Positions 53,601-62,442 of a stretch of DNA of 64,000 bases are shown one piece after another (the stretch's first letter is position 1; every line of letters begins with the position of its first letter). This DNA is from Escherichia phage vB_EcoM_011D4. The stretch is taken from sequence record MT478991.1; one strand, 5' to 3'. Made by a program: the position numbers and the translations under genes. The notes below the pieces were generated by a model. The model made no database searches and was not told the origin of the DNA. It worked only from the letters and a program-made list of their open reading frames with translations.

Positions 53601-55463
53601 TTACATGTGCTTAACGCGGTTTACCATCTCGGAGTGTTTCCCGTGGTTAAATGGACGCAGATCAACAGATCCAAGATATCCACTAACGCGGCGGATAACA
53701 TTCATCTTTTCCAGATTGTCGTTGCCGCAATCAGGACAAACAAAACCAGACTCGGTCGCTCTCATTTCCTTATTAGATCCGCATACATGACATACATCAG
53801 AAGGAGTATTAACACCGAAGTAGTGCAATTTATCCATTGCATAGTCTACTACAGTTTCAAGACCTTTCAGGTTGTTTTTCATGTCTGGGAACTCAACATA
53901 AGAGATCATGCCACCGGACGCCAGCCAGTGATAATCTTTCTCAAAGTCGATTTTCTCAAATGGTGTGACTTTCCGGTCTACGTCAAGGTGGAATGAGTTG
54001 GTGTACCAGTCTTTATCGGTAGCACCCTTAACAATACCAAATTGCTCTCTGTCCAGTCGATTAAATCGATAGCAAAGGCTCTCGGCTGGAGTACCGTAAA
54101 GACTAAACCCAAGTCCGGTTTCATCCTTCCATTTTTCAGTATAATGACGCAGGATTTTAAGAATATGTTTACCGTATCGCTGCGCATCTTCCGAATCAAA
54201 CGGATGAACACCAAACAGGACGCTCAATACCTCATGCAAACCAATATACCCAAGAGAGATACTAGCGCGACCATCTTTCAGCACTTCCAAAATTTCATCG
54301 TTTTGATGAATACGGAAAAATGCACCTTCTGTATACAGCACCGGAGCAACATTGGCTTTAGCCCCTTTTAAAGCGTCTACGCGACTCATGAGCGCATCAA
54401 AGCAAATAGGCATACGATTAGCTAGCTCTTGTTCGAATAGCTCAATTCTGCGCATTACAGACGCTTTACCAGCACGACGAGCGGCAATAAGGGCAATACG
54501 CGGAAGATTCAGAGTCACAACACCTAAGTTATTACGTCCGTCTAATACTTCTTCGCCTTTCTCATTATGCCACACACCCAGGAAGCTACGACAACCCATC
54601 GGGCTAACCGGAACACTAGATCCGGTGATACTACGGTTATTCTTCGCAGAGATATAATCAGGGTAAAGACGCTTACTAGAACATTCCAATGCAAGTTGCT
54701 TAATGTCGTAGTTCGGATCTTCCGGTTTAAGGTTTAATCCTTCTTCTAAGAACATCACCAGCTTAGGAAACACCGGAGTTATACCATCTTTACCTAAACC
54801 TTTAGTTCGAACTTTCAGGATCGCTTTCTGAATCAGTTTTTCTTCCCAGCTAGTACCCATACCAAAGGTTAAAGTCACAAAAGGCGTTTGACCGTTGGTG
54901 GAGAACAAAGTGTTGATTTCATATTCCAACGCTTGATACCCGTCTAAAGTTTCTTTTTCTGTCTTCTCTTGTGCATAGAGAGTATCAGCTTTGATTCCGT
55001 AGGTTTCGGCATCAGCAAGGTGTTTATGATATGTTTTCTCAACGTATGGCGCTAAAACCTGATCGATGTTTGCAATTGTGGTCCCGCCATATTGATGACT
55101 TGCCACCTGTGCGATAATTTGAGCGGTTACAGCACAAGCAACGCCGATTGATTTCGGACTTTCGATTTGTGCGCTACCCAATTTAAAACCATTCTCTAAC
55201 ATGTCTTTGAGATTAACAAGACAGCAGTTAGTAAACGGCATAGCGGGTGCATAATCCATATCATGATAATGAATATCACCGTCTACATGCGCTTTATAGA
55301 TGTGCTCAGGTAACACGGTTTTAGCAATCTGTTTAGACACAGCACCAGCAATCAGATCTCGACGTGTCGGGAATGTTCGCGCGTCTTTGTTCGCGTTCTC
55401 TTTACTTACTTCGTTTTCTTTACCCGTTGCGATCTCTGTAATGTCTTTGATTAGTTTTTCCAT
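53601..55463 (-). CDS. nrdD: anaerobic ribonucleoside-triphosphate reductase NrdD
   Basis: 620 aa; C-terminal glycyl-radical motif RVSGYLG and zinc-ribbon CHVCGS..CPDCG; continuous ORF. Confidence 0.95.
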   Translation of the reverse strand: MEKLIKDITEIATGKENEVSKENANKDARTFPTRRDLIAGAVSKQIAKTVLPEHIYKAHVDGDIHYHDMDYAPAMPFTNCCLVNLKDMLENGFKLGSAQIESPKSIGVACAVTAQIIAQVASHQYGGTTIANIDQVLAPYVEKTYHKHLADAETYGIKADTLYAQEKTEKETLDGYQALEYEINTLFSTNGQTPFVTLTFGMGTSWEEKLIQKAILKVRTKGLGKDGITPVFPKLVMFLEEGLNLKPEDPNYDIKQLALECSSKRLYPDYISAKNNRSITGSSVPVSPMGCRSFLGVWHNEKGEEVLDGRNNLGVVTLNLPRIALIAARRAGKASVMRRIELFEQELANRMPICFDALMSRVDALKGAKANVAPVLYTEGAFFRIHQNDEILEVLKDGRASISLGYIGLHEVLSVLFGVHPFDSEDAQRYGKHILKILRHYTEKWKDETGLGFSLYGTPAESLCYRFNRLDREQFGIVKGATDKDWYTNSFHLDVDRKVTPFEKIDFEKDYHWLASGGMISYVEFPDMKNNLKGLETVVDYAMDKLHYFGVNTPSDVCHVCGSNKEMRATESGFVCPDCGNDNLEKMNVIRRVSGYLGSVDLRPFNHGKHSEMVNRVKHM

Positions 55464-55475
55464 TGTATCACCTAT

Positions 55476-55497
55476 GAAAAAGCGGGATTTCTCCCGC
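55476..55497 (-). terminator. rho-independent terminator-like hairpin (GCGGGA-tttc-TCCCGC + TTTTT) just upstream of the nrdD RBS
   Basis: 6-bp stem and U-tract 8 nt before the AGGTGA RBS of nrdD; could equally be an attenuator. Confidence 0.5.
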
Positions 55498-55507
55498 TCG
55501 TTGATAG

Positions 55508-56002
55508 TTATTTTACCAATTCTGCTAATTCTTTTTCTTTAGCTTCTAGTTCAGCTTTAAGCTGTTTAATCTCTTGTCGCTTCTTATTAGCGGCTTCCTG
55601 CTTACTATTTCGGATAACCTGATCTAGATACAATTCCCAATCCTGAATATTTTTGATAATGTAGCCGTCAACATTAATTGGTCGGAGATTCAGTACAGCT
55701 TCCAGTTTAGTTGCAAAAACTTTAATTGCTGGGGTGAAGTATTCATATTCGTTATCTTCAAACCAATAACCTAGACTTGCATTCTCAATACGAAGATGAA
55801 GTTTAAGATCAAGGTCTTTATCATCGGTATATAGGTCTTTTACACACCCCATAGAATTAACCACAACTTTAAAACGAATTTTATCTACACCACCAAAAAC
55901 ATCTTCAAGAATATCAGCAATTGAGCTATTAGCGCAAGATTGGTCGCTGAATGCGTCAAGGTTTTCTTTAGTTACAGTATACCAAACATCTTGTACCCAC
56001 AT
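55508..56002 (-). CDS. paralog-family-like protein with C-terminal coiled coil (164 aa)
   Basis: MWVQDVWY...YWFEDNEYEYFTPAI and KKRQEIKQLKAELEAKEKELAELVK tail. Confidence 0.55.
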   Translation of the reverse strand: MWVQDVWYTVTKENLDAFSDQSCANSSIADILEDVFGGVDKIRFKVVVNSMGCVKDLYTDDKDLDLKLHLRIENASLGYWFEDNEYEYFTPAIKVFATKLEAVLNLRPINVDGYIIKNIQDWELYLDQVIRNSKQEAANKKRQEIKQLKAELEAKEKELAELVK

Positions 56003-56026
56003 AATATAATCCTCTCGTTGTTAAGT

Positions 56027-56060
56027 GGGAGTATTATAGCATACTCCCTTCGCATGTCAA
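56027..56060 (-). promoter_or_regulatory. PeSL-type early promoter: TTGACA-16-TATAAT with GGGAGTA/TACTCCC stem-loop
   Basis: -35 at 56060..56055, -10 at 56038..56033, stem 56027-56048; leader AGGATTATATT ATG. Confidence 0.6.
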
Positions 56061-57235
56061 GCACTAACTTTTTTCTTTACTGCTTTCACCTTCTGGCGAA
56101 TTGCTCGAATCTCTTCGATCTCTTTTTCAGTCTCTTTAACAATTTCTTTGCGATTCTGAATATCTGTATCTAGATTATCATCAAGTTTAGGCAGCATGTC
56201 AATCAAGAACTTTTTAAAGTCTTTCAGGTTTCGGATAACAGCACCTTCACCCATTACCGCCACGCCTACACCATCCGGCAGGTCGCCAAACAGTTTAACC
56301 AGTTCAGACAGATGATCATGATCTTCTAGTGCTTCTTCCGGTTCAGATGGCAGTCCAACAAAGTAATAACGTTCATCATTGCTGATCAGGTGATACCAGC
56401 AAAGCCCAAAAGATTTAGGAGTATATTCTACACCACCAACTTCAACTGCGTCAACACTTCCGAAAGAATCTACTTTAGTTACCTTAAATCCATGTTCCAG
56501 CGTTTTAATAATTTCAATAACATGACTAGATACGGTTTCAGTATTAAACCAATGAGGCAAATTATGTGGATTTGGCTTGTATCGTTCGCCTACTTTAAAT
56601 CTCTGACCACGCTCTTGCATACGGACATATTCAACTCGCGTGATTTCCGCGAAGTATTCAAATTCGCTACCGTCAAACAAGCAATTCCATTGATCACAAA
56701 AACGATCCGCCTTGACGGTTTCACCTTTCGCGGTGATCATGGTAGCCGATCCATGAAATTCTTCTTCAACCAAAAAGCCATATTCGACAAAATCAACAAG
56801 TTTCATGGCTTCTTTATGCTCTGGGTCATGCTCTCCCCAGAATCGCTTAAATTCTTGCAAACCTTCTGGGGTAAACGAATAACATTTACCTTTTTCAAAG
56901 TAAGTCGGCATTGCATCCTCTTTCTTGTTCATCGCTTCGTATGCCTCTTTTGAGATACGTTTAAAGTATTTGCGCTCATTGTGCATAATCATAGTAGACC
57001 AATAATAAACGATATCCTCAGCGGAATAAACTACATCTCCAGCTTCAATAGTAATAACATGACCGTGGTCATCTTTTTCTAATACTTTAAAGCCCTTTTC
57101 TACGATTTCAGCAACCCGAATATGACCACGGCGCGAAGCATCGGTCAGAATAATTGAATAGCGAGAAAAGTCTAGAAACTCATCTTTACCACCTTCACGG
57201 AATGCATAGTAATGACCTTCAAAGAATTTAGCCAT
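56057..57235 (-). CDS. paralog-family protein (three tandem domains + helical tail, 392 aa)
   Basis: Repeated ...GFKV.....G......ERKYFKRI / SEFEYFAEI / DERYYFVGL modules. Confidence 0.6.
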   Translation of the reverse strand: MAKFFEGHYYAFREGGKDEFLDFSRYSIILTDASRRGHIRVAEIVEKGFKVLEKDDHGHVITIEAGDVVYSAEDIVYYWSTMIMHNERKYFKRISKEAYEAMNKKEDAMPTYFEKGKCYSFTPEGLQEFKRFWGEHDPEHKEAMKLVDFVEYGFLVEEEFHGSATMITAKGETVKADRFCDQWNCLFDGSEFEYFAEITRVEYVRMQERGQRFKVGERYKPNPHNLPHWFNTETVSSHVIEIIKTLEHGFKVTKVDSFGSVDAVEVGGVEYTPKSFGLCWYHLISNDERYYFVGLPSEPEEALEDHDHLSELVKLFGDLPDGVGVAVMGEGAVIRNLKDFKKFLIDMLPKLDDNLDTDIQNRKEIVKETEKEIEEIRAIRQKVKAVKKKVSA

Positions 57236-57260
57236 AATATAATCCTCTCGTTGTTTAGAT

Positions 57261-57295
57261 GGGAGTATCTTACTACTCCCGTTTCATCATGTCAA
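57261..57295 (-). promoter_or_regulatory. PeSL-type early promoter: TTGACA-17-TAAGAT with GGGAGTA/TACTCCC stem-loop
   Basis: -35 at 57295..57290, -10 at 57272..57267; near-identical to the copies at 14050 and 14328. Confidence 0.6.
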
Positions 57296-57858
57296 GCGTT
57301 AAATGACTTTTGGATCTCTTTCAGTTCAGCTACTTTATCTGCGCTATATTTTGCTTGATGTTCCATGCGCTTAATCTCACCTTTGATATAGGTTTCTAGC
57401 TTAGGTTTATTCTCAATCAAAAAATCTTTCAGGTCATCGGCATTTTTAAAGTATAGCTGATTATCAACGCTAAAATCTTCCAGCGTCAATGATACCAAAG
57501 AAGACTTCGCAAACAAGTTAATCAGATCTTCCAGCGATTCTTCTTTCTTAACTGGCTTCATTTCTTCAAACTGCTTTTTAGTGATACGCTTAAAGTATTT
57601 GCGCTCGCTGGCATCAATCATGATTGATGCGCCCTCATAATCATGAGTTTCTACCAAATACACTTTACCCATAACATTAACAGTCAGAACTTTAAAGCCC
57701 TTGTGAAGCACACCATACAGGAACTTGTTATGTTGTGGATAGCGTTTAACAAATTCCTCTGCGGACTCAGCATTACGGAAAGTGTAATAACGACCTCGTT
57801 CAAAAACAGCATCATTTGAAGACTTAGCCGGATACAATTTATACGTTTTCTGTACCAT
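57292..57858 (-). CDS. paralog-family protein (one domain + helical tail)
   Basis: Refined ATG at 57858 with AGGATTATATT leader; ...GFKVLTVNVMGKVYLVETHDYEGASIMIDASERKYFKRI. Confidence 0.6.
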   Translation of the reverse strand: MVQKTYKLYPAKSSNDAVFERGRYYTFRNAESAEEFVKRYPQHNKFLYGVLHKGFKVLTVNVMGKVYLVETHDYEGASIMIDASERKYFKRITKKQFEEMKPVKKEESLEDLINLFAKSSLVSLTLEDFSVDNQLYFKNADDLKDFLIENKPKLETYIKGEIKRMEHQAKYSADKVAELKEIQKSFNA

Positions 57859-57872
57859 AATATAATCCTCTA

Positions 57873-58145
57873 TCATTTCACTAATTGAACAGCACGGAAC
57901 AGAATGCGCTCACACGGAAGCAGCATAAATTCCCAACGCGGATCAAAGTCTTTAGCGGTATACGTTTTCCCATCAACCGAGATTTCACTTACATAACCAA
58001 CAGGTGACACTTTAAGAACAGTAAACCCATTCTTGATGACTTCGTAGGTATCTTTCACCCCTTCGTATTCATCATCTAAGAAGTCTTTATGTGCTTGCTC
58101 AGATTTAAAAACATAGGCCACACCGGATTTAAACATCTTACGCAT
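57873..58145 (-). CDS. paralog-family protein (single domain, 90 aa)
   Basis: Refined ATG at 58145 with AGGAGAATCAACA leader; track start 58205 extends into the promoter. Confidence 0.55.
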   Translation of the reverse strand: MRKMFKSGVAYVFKSEQAHKDFLDDEYEGVKDTYEVIKNGFTVLKVSPVGYVSEISVDGKTYTAKDFDPRWEFMLLPCERILFRAVQLVK

Positions 58146-58170
58146 TGTTGATTCTCCTTCTTGATTAGAT

Positions 58171-58205
58171 GGGAGTATTTTACTACTCCCATTTCTTATT
58201 GTCAA
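58171..58205 (-). promoter_or_regulatory. PeSL-type early promoter: TTGACA-17-TAAAAT with GGGAGTA/TACTCCC stem-loop
   Basis: -35 at 58205..58200, -10 at 58182..58177. Confidence 0.6.
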
Positions 58206-58208
58206 CTA

Positions 58209-58682
58209 CTATCTTAATCTTTGTATAAATTGTTTCTTATACTTCTTCGTGATCTCTTCTCTTGTATCAGCGTCACAATAATCGAAGCCTTCTGCGTCCA
58301 TAATAGCAACCATCTCCGCGCGTGTCAAGCGTGAAAATCGTTTTACTTTATCAACAGCATATTGAGGATGTAAATGATTGTTGGTGTAGTCTCCTTTGAT
58401 GTAATTAACATAGTTTGTCGCCCAAACAACGAAATCAGCACCTAAAGCACCAACACCAAACCGTTTAAAGTCTCCGGTCAACGATCCTTCTAGGCGGTTG
58501 CAACACGAATGAAGCAATCCCCTTACGCGGCCTTGCCCTTTACCATCTAGATCGTGGTCGTGGTCAAGATGGTTTTTGCTCATATCCTCAAAAAGTGGCA
58601 ATTGACAAAGGGGGCAAATGCCCCCCTGTTTTTCGAATAGTTCTTGTTTGTACTCTTTAGCACTCTTAGCAGTCAGTAACAT
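58209..58682 (-). CDS. 49: recombination endonuclease VII (gp49)
   Basis: Refined ATG at 58682 with GGAGGGTGA RBS; strong identity to T4 endo VII (MLLT.K, GKC.ICQ, NHLDHDH.L.G...G.VRGLL...CN..EG). Confidence 0.92.
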   Translation of the reverse strand: MLLTAKSAKEYKQELFEKQGGICPLCQLPLFEDMSKNHLDHDHDLDGKGQGRVRGLLHSCCNRLEGSLTGDFKRFGVGALGADFVVWATNYVNYIKGDYTNNHLHPQYAVDKVKRFSRLTRAEMVAIMDAEGFDYCDADTREEITKKYKKQFIQRLR

Positions 58683-58706
58683 AAATTCACCCTCCAAAGA
58701 AGGTAT

Positions 58707-59000
58707 TTAACCATGAATCTTGTTTTTGACTACAAAGGATCGGAACTCATCAAAGCCACCAATATAATCACCATCATAGAAAATCTGCGGCATGGTGGCA
58801 ATAACTTCTACCCCTGCGCGATCCTGAATATCGGCAATGATAGAATCAATCTTTACGGGGCGACCGTTTTCGTCAACACCATCATTAACCGGAATGTAGA
58901 TGTAAGGGATCTTACGCGATTCACAAAGGCGCTTTGCATTCTGGCAATACTTACAGTTGTAACCTTCAAAACCAAAAATTTCTACCATATTATACCTCAA
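58707..59000 (-). CDS. nrdC: glutaredoxin/thioredoxin NrdC
   Basis: C.YC.NAKRL and MPQIF.DG..IGGFD motifs shared with T4 NrdC. Confidence 0.8.
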   Translation of the reverse strand: MRYNMVEIFGFEGYNCKYCQNAKRLCESRKIPYIYIPVNDGVDENGRPVKIDSIIADIQDRAGVEVIATMPQIFYDGDYIGGFDEFRSFVVKNKIHG

Positions 59001-59809
59001 TCTACGTTAGTTACATAAACTTCTTGCGTATCAGAAGACTTGCCACCTGAACGGTCTAGGCAATAGGTCTTATTCAACAGGACGCAGTTTAAATCATTCC
59101 GCTTGATAAAGTCAAGAAGATGATCGTTTACCTTTCCCTTATGATGCGTGACATTACTGATACCAAACTGAAAACCACGCGCCATAATAGATTCCACCCA
59201 CCGATAGAATTTAATCTCTTCCTCGTCACTCCAGAACTTATTATATTCCGCAGAAGTGATAAGGTACGGCGGGTCCAAATAAACGAAATCACCTGGCAAG
59301 ATCTCGATCTCGTCATAACGACCAGACGTAAAACTGATTCGACCGTCTTTGTTTTCTTCCTTAAAATTCAGGACACGCTCTACCGCGTTTTCGTTAAAAG
59401 TCCGGCGACCAAAATTAGCATTAAATTCGCCCTTTCGGTTATGGCGGTTAATGTTGCTAAAACTGTGCTGAATCAACACAAACAGCGATAGCGGATCTGG
59501 ATTCTCGTTATACTTCTTACGGAATGCCATGTAAGCGTCTTTATCATCACGAGACAAACCATTTTCGGAAATAATCCGATTGATTGTAGAAACCGGATCA
59601 GGACACGCATCAATGGCCTTGTAAGCGTCAATTAAACGATGGTCATAGTCATTAGCCAGCACATCACCTTCGACGTACAGAGACACGCTCAAACCGCCAC
59701 AAAAGGCATCAACAAAGCGGTTATAGTGCTTAGGGAAATACTTACTAACACCTGGCAATAGCTTTTCCTTATTGCCAGTATAGGGAATTAAACCTAATGC
59801 TTTCTTCAT
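58997..59809 (-). CDS. dam: DNA adenine methyltransferase (Dam-type N6-MTase)
   Basis: N-terminal SAM-binding F.GG (DAFCGGLSV) and catalytic DPPY motif; 270 aa versus T4 Dam 259 aa. Confidence 0.88.
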   Translation of the reverse strand: MKKALGLIPYTGNKEKLLPGVSKYFPKHYNRFVDAFCGGLSVSLYVEGDVLANDYDHRLIDAYKAIDACPDPVSTINRIISENGLSRDDKDAYMAFRKKYNENPDPLSLFVLIQHSFSNINRHNRKGEFNANFGRRTFNENAVERVLNFKEENKDGRISFTSGRYDEIEILPGDFVYLDPPYLITSAEYNKFWSDEEEIKFYRWVESIMARGFQFGISNVTHHKGKVNDHLLDFIKRNDLNCVLLNKTYCLDRSGGKSSDTQEVYVTNVD

Positions 59810-60240
59810 TATCCCTTCCTCAAATAAGTTCGCTCAATCTCTACCAGTTCGAAAAAATCTTGCCAGTCGCAAGGAAAATTGCAGTTTCCGAAATGATCCT
59901 CTTTGTAAAGTTCTTTACCGGATGGCAGCTTAATATCTGTTACGCTGTAGTATCCGCAACAATCGCAATCACCCTCTGTATATTCTGTTTTGGTAGGAAT
60001 ATCCATCATTGCCAGATACAAAGGCACATCGTCTTGCTCAAAGTTCATGTAACCTTCATGGTCGAATGAAACAAAGTTATCATCACCACCGAAAGGGATA
60101 TAATGGTCATAATCTGTTACAGGTTGACCGTGTAATTCCCATTCTACAATTTTAACATTACCGCTAAACTTGATACCCATAATTTCAACAATAAAATGAG
60201 TATCGTCAATGTAAATCTTACCAGGAGTTGGATAAACCAT
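59809..60240 (-). CDS. hypothetical Cys-rich protein (143 aa)
   Basis: ORF track; CDCCGYY...CNFPCDW cluster. Confidence 0.5.
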   Translation of the reverse strand: MVYPTPGKIYIDDTHFIVEIMGIKFSGNVKIVEWELHGQPVTDYDHYIPFGGDDNFVSFDHEGYMNFEQDDVPLYLAMMDIPTKTEYTEGDCDCCGYYSVTDIKLPSGKELYKEDHFGNCNFPCDWQDFFELVEIERTYLRKG

Positions 60241-60250
60241 TATATAATCC

Positions 60251-60547
60251 TCATATCTCAGAGAATAGAATCTCTGTTAGCTTCACTGACTGCTCTCTGA
60301 ATGTTAGCGTATACTCGAAAGGAAAGTCAACACCCAATTTCAAAAGAGAATAGCCTACCGCCTCTTTATGCTTATCGGTTAGGGCGATCCTAACCAATTC
60401 CCGTTGAATCTCTTTAGGCGGTGAATGGATAGTAACACGGGTATCATGTAATGTCCAGTCACCATTACGAATCAAGATTAACGGTTTATCGTCATTAAAG
60501 ATCACCGACCCCTTTCCGGTCGGTGAGTGTTTTATACTAATCATCAA
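60251..60547 (-). CDS. hypothetical protein (98 aa)
   Basis: ORF track. Confidence 0.5.
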   Translation of the reverse strand: MMISIKHSPTGKGSVIFNDDKPLILIRNGDWTLHDTRVTIHSPPKEIQRELVRIALTDKHKEAVGYSLLKLGVDFPFEYTLTFREQSVKLTEILFSEI

Positions 60548-60758
60548 ATTCTAAGAAATATTCTGGAACGATATAACCGTTAAAGTCATTGCACTTATAA
60601 AAATGTGGTGCATTTAATGCTGGATGAGCGTTTGTAAAGAGTTTACCCTCTAGAAACAGAATGTAATTAATAGGTCTTATACCGACAGAATCAGGGTCTA
60701 ATCCTTTTTCTCTCAGTTCAGCCAGCGTTAAAACTCGTCCAGATCGTAACTTAGCCAT
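60537..60758 (-). CDS. hypothetical protein (73 aa)
   Basis: ORF track. Confidence 0.45.
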   Translation of the reverse strand: MAKLRSGRVLTLAELREKGLDPDSVGIRPINYILFLEGKLFTNAHPALNAPHFYKCNDFNGYIVPEYFLEFDD

Positions 60759-61044
60759 GATTTACCCCCAATTCATCAAGATTGTGTCGCAGCATTTCAG
60801 AGTATTTTTCTACTTCCTTAATCTTAGTGTGGATCTCCACGATCTCATCTTCACTATCAGAAAGTTTAATGGCAATAGCGGTACTGCTTTTACCCGCTTT
60901 CATAGTCTCTTTCAGTTCAACCAACAGGTCCGCGTGTTTCAGTAGCAGTTCTTCACGTCGAACATAAGCGACGGTCAAAGCCTCATCAGCGATTTCTAAA
61001 GCATTTTCAGCGACACCAACAACCATTTTACGAGTAGACAGCAT
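60751..61044 (-). CDS. hypothetical protein (97 aa)
   Basis: ORF track. Confidence 0.5.
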   Translation of the reverse strand: MLSTRKMVVGVAENALEIADEALTVAYVRREELLLKHADLLVELKETMKAGKSSTAIAIKLSDSEDEIVEIHTKIKEVEKYSEMLRHNLDELGVNHG

Positions 61045-61058
61045 AAATTCACCTCACA

Positions 61059-61367
61059 TTATTTCACGTTAACGCCGCCATCAATCCAGCCGACGCTATT
61101 TGGTTTAACAGTTTTACCATAGGATGCATACTTAATCAAGCATGGTTTAACATCATTATCAAATCTTCCTAAGCGTACTCCCAAATCAGGAATATCCATG
61201 TAAGCGGCTTTATATCCCCATGTACAATATTCAGCATCAATCTCAACCGGACGGCCTTTAAAAGCATACACTACACCGTAACGGTCAACGATAACATAGC
61301 GATAGCCAGCCGGAAGATACACAGTTTCGCCGTAAACTTTAACTGGAGTAGCAGAAGAGATAAACAT
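61059..61367 (-). CDS. hypothetical protein (102 aa)
   Basis: ORF track; GTGAGGAATATATT ATG leader. Confidence 0.55.
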   Translation of the reverse strand: MFISSATPVKVYGETVYLPAGYRYVIVDRYGVVYAFKGRPVEIDAEYCTWGYKAAYMDIPDLGVRLGRFDNDVKPCLIKYASYGKTVKPNSVGWIDGGVNVK

Positions 61368-61401
61368 AATATATTCCTCACATCGTTCATTTGATGCGGC
61401 T

Positions 61402-61430
61402 ATTATAGGATAACCGCATTTTCATGTCAA
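61402..61430 (-). promoter_or_regulatory. sigma70-consensus promoter TTGACA-17-TATAAT
   Basis: -35 at 61430..61425, -10 at 61407..61402; short GCGG/CCGC stem around the -10. Confidence 0.55.
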
Positions 61431-61436
61431 CAGTTT

Positions 61437-61811
61437 TTAAAAATCTTCTTCCGGTTTATATCGACCGTCGTCTTCTTGTTTTGGGCTGAATCCGGTATGT
61501 TTGCGCGGCTTCGCTTCCGGTTTACCCGCAATCATCAAACCAAAACATTTCAGCCCCTTATAACACATAACAATATAAACTACTGTCCACGTTATAGGCC
61601 AGATGATTGCGGCAATACAAAATGCTCCTGTATCGACCTCTTTCGTGTCCTTATCGAATCTGGCATACAAGCAGAATATAAGATACGAGATCATTGCACC
61701 CGTAGGCCAGATATAAAGCACATTAACAATATCTTGTGTTGTCACATTGTCCTCCTTACATGTCTTGCAGTGCGTAGAAGCATTTTTCTTCATAGTCATA
61801 GAAAATGTCAA
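61437..61811 (-). CDS. predicted membrane protein (start uncertain)
   Basis: Hydrophobic segments (ISYLIFCLY, FCIAAIIWPITWTVVYIVMCY); track start overlaps the upstream gene, true start probably internal. Confidence 0.4.
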   Translation of the reverse strand: MTFSMTMKKNASTHCKTCKEDNVTTQDIVNVLYIWPTGAMISYLIFCLYARFDKDTKEVDTGAFCIAAIIWPITWTVVYIVMCYKGLKCFGLMIAGKPEAKPRKHTGFSPKQEDDGRYKPEEDF

Positions 61812-62034
61812 AGTATGCTTTTTCTACATACTCGCCATTGATCCAAGCGGCAGTAACAATCAGGGTAGTCCAGTTAGATCCGCTCTCAACGGTAAAGGTT
61901 TTAATACCCAGCTTCACAGCAAGGTCACGCGCAAACTGGTCGCAACCACGGCAGGAAGTGATATTGGAAGTTTTGATTTTGATGCCACCGCGAGTTTTAG
62001 AAATTTCTACTTTAGCGAAAGACAGGTTGCTCAT
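61756..62034 (-). CDS. hypothetical protein (92 aa)
   Basis: Refined ATG at 62034 with AGGAGAATCAAA leader (track start 62109 runs into the promoter). Confidence 0.5.
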   Translation of the reverse strand: MSNLSFAKVEISKTRGGIKIKTSNITSCRGCDQFARDLAVKLGIKTFTVESGSNWTTLIVTAAWINGEYVEKAYFDIFYDYEEKCFYALQDM

Positions 62035-62077
62035 TTTGATTCTCCTTAAGAAAAGTGTGTTTCGTTTTGATGTGTGT

Positions 62078-62106
62078 AGTATAGGGGATACGCGATCCCC
62101 TGTCAA
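62078..62106 (-). promoter_or_regulatory. PeSL-type early promoter: TTGACA-17-TATACT with GGGGAT/ATCCCC stem-loop
   Basis: -35 at 62106..62101, -10 at 62083..62078; close relative of the 52380 copy. Confidence 0.55.
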
Positions 62107-62121
62107 CAACTTTTTATGATT

Positions 62122-62442
62122 TTAGTGAATTAACTCTACACCAAAATGAGGCACAGAGAACGCCTTACGAAACACATATTCATCATGTTTAGGGATCGCC
62201 CCTAACCTCTCTATTTCGCTCGCCATAACGATAAACTGTTTATCTGGTGCATATGCCTTGTGTGCTTCAACAACGCACGGAAAACGCGTTTTAGAGAGTT
62301 CTGGATAGTTTTCTGAATCCAGAAGGACGATGAATACCCTATTACATTGATTGTAGAATCCTGTTTTTGATTTCATCAAGTTTTTTTCTATGTACATTTC
62401 GTGCAATCTTCCTTTCATGATTTCGTTGGTTCTTGTCTTCAC
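62122..62442 (-). CDS. hypothetical protein (start uncertain)
   Basis: ORF track; overlaps 62342..62683 by ~100 nt so the true start is probably internal. Confidence 0.4.
   Translation of the reverse strand: MKTRTNEIMKGRLHEMYIEKNLMKSKTGFYNQCNRVFIVLLDSENYPELSKTRFPCVVEAHKAYAPDKQFIVMASEIERLGAIPKHDEYVFRKAFSVPHFGVELIH

Noticed and set aside
53601-55463. Looked for a group I intron or homing endonuclease interrupting nrdD (as in T4).
   Set aside because: nrdD is an uninterrupted 620-aa ORF ending in the glycyl-radical motif; no intron-sized insertion or GIY-YIG/HNH endonuclease ORF inside or adjacent.
22294-58697. N-terminal extensions in the ORF track (e.g. 22294..22674, 14370..14675, 52185..52412, 57873..58205, 35426..38134, 58209..58697).
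   Set aside because: The extended starts are TTG/GTG codons that run into promoter cassettes or hairpins; an internal ATG with a good Shine-Dalgarno and homology-consistent N-terminus was found in each case.
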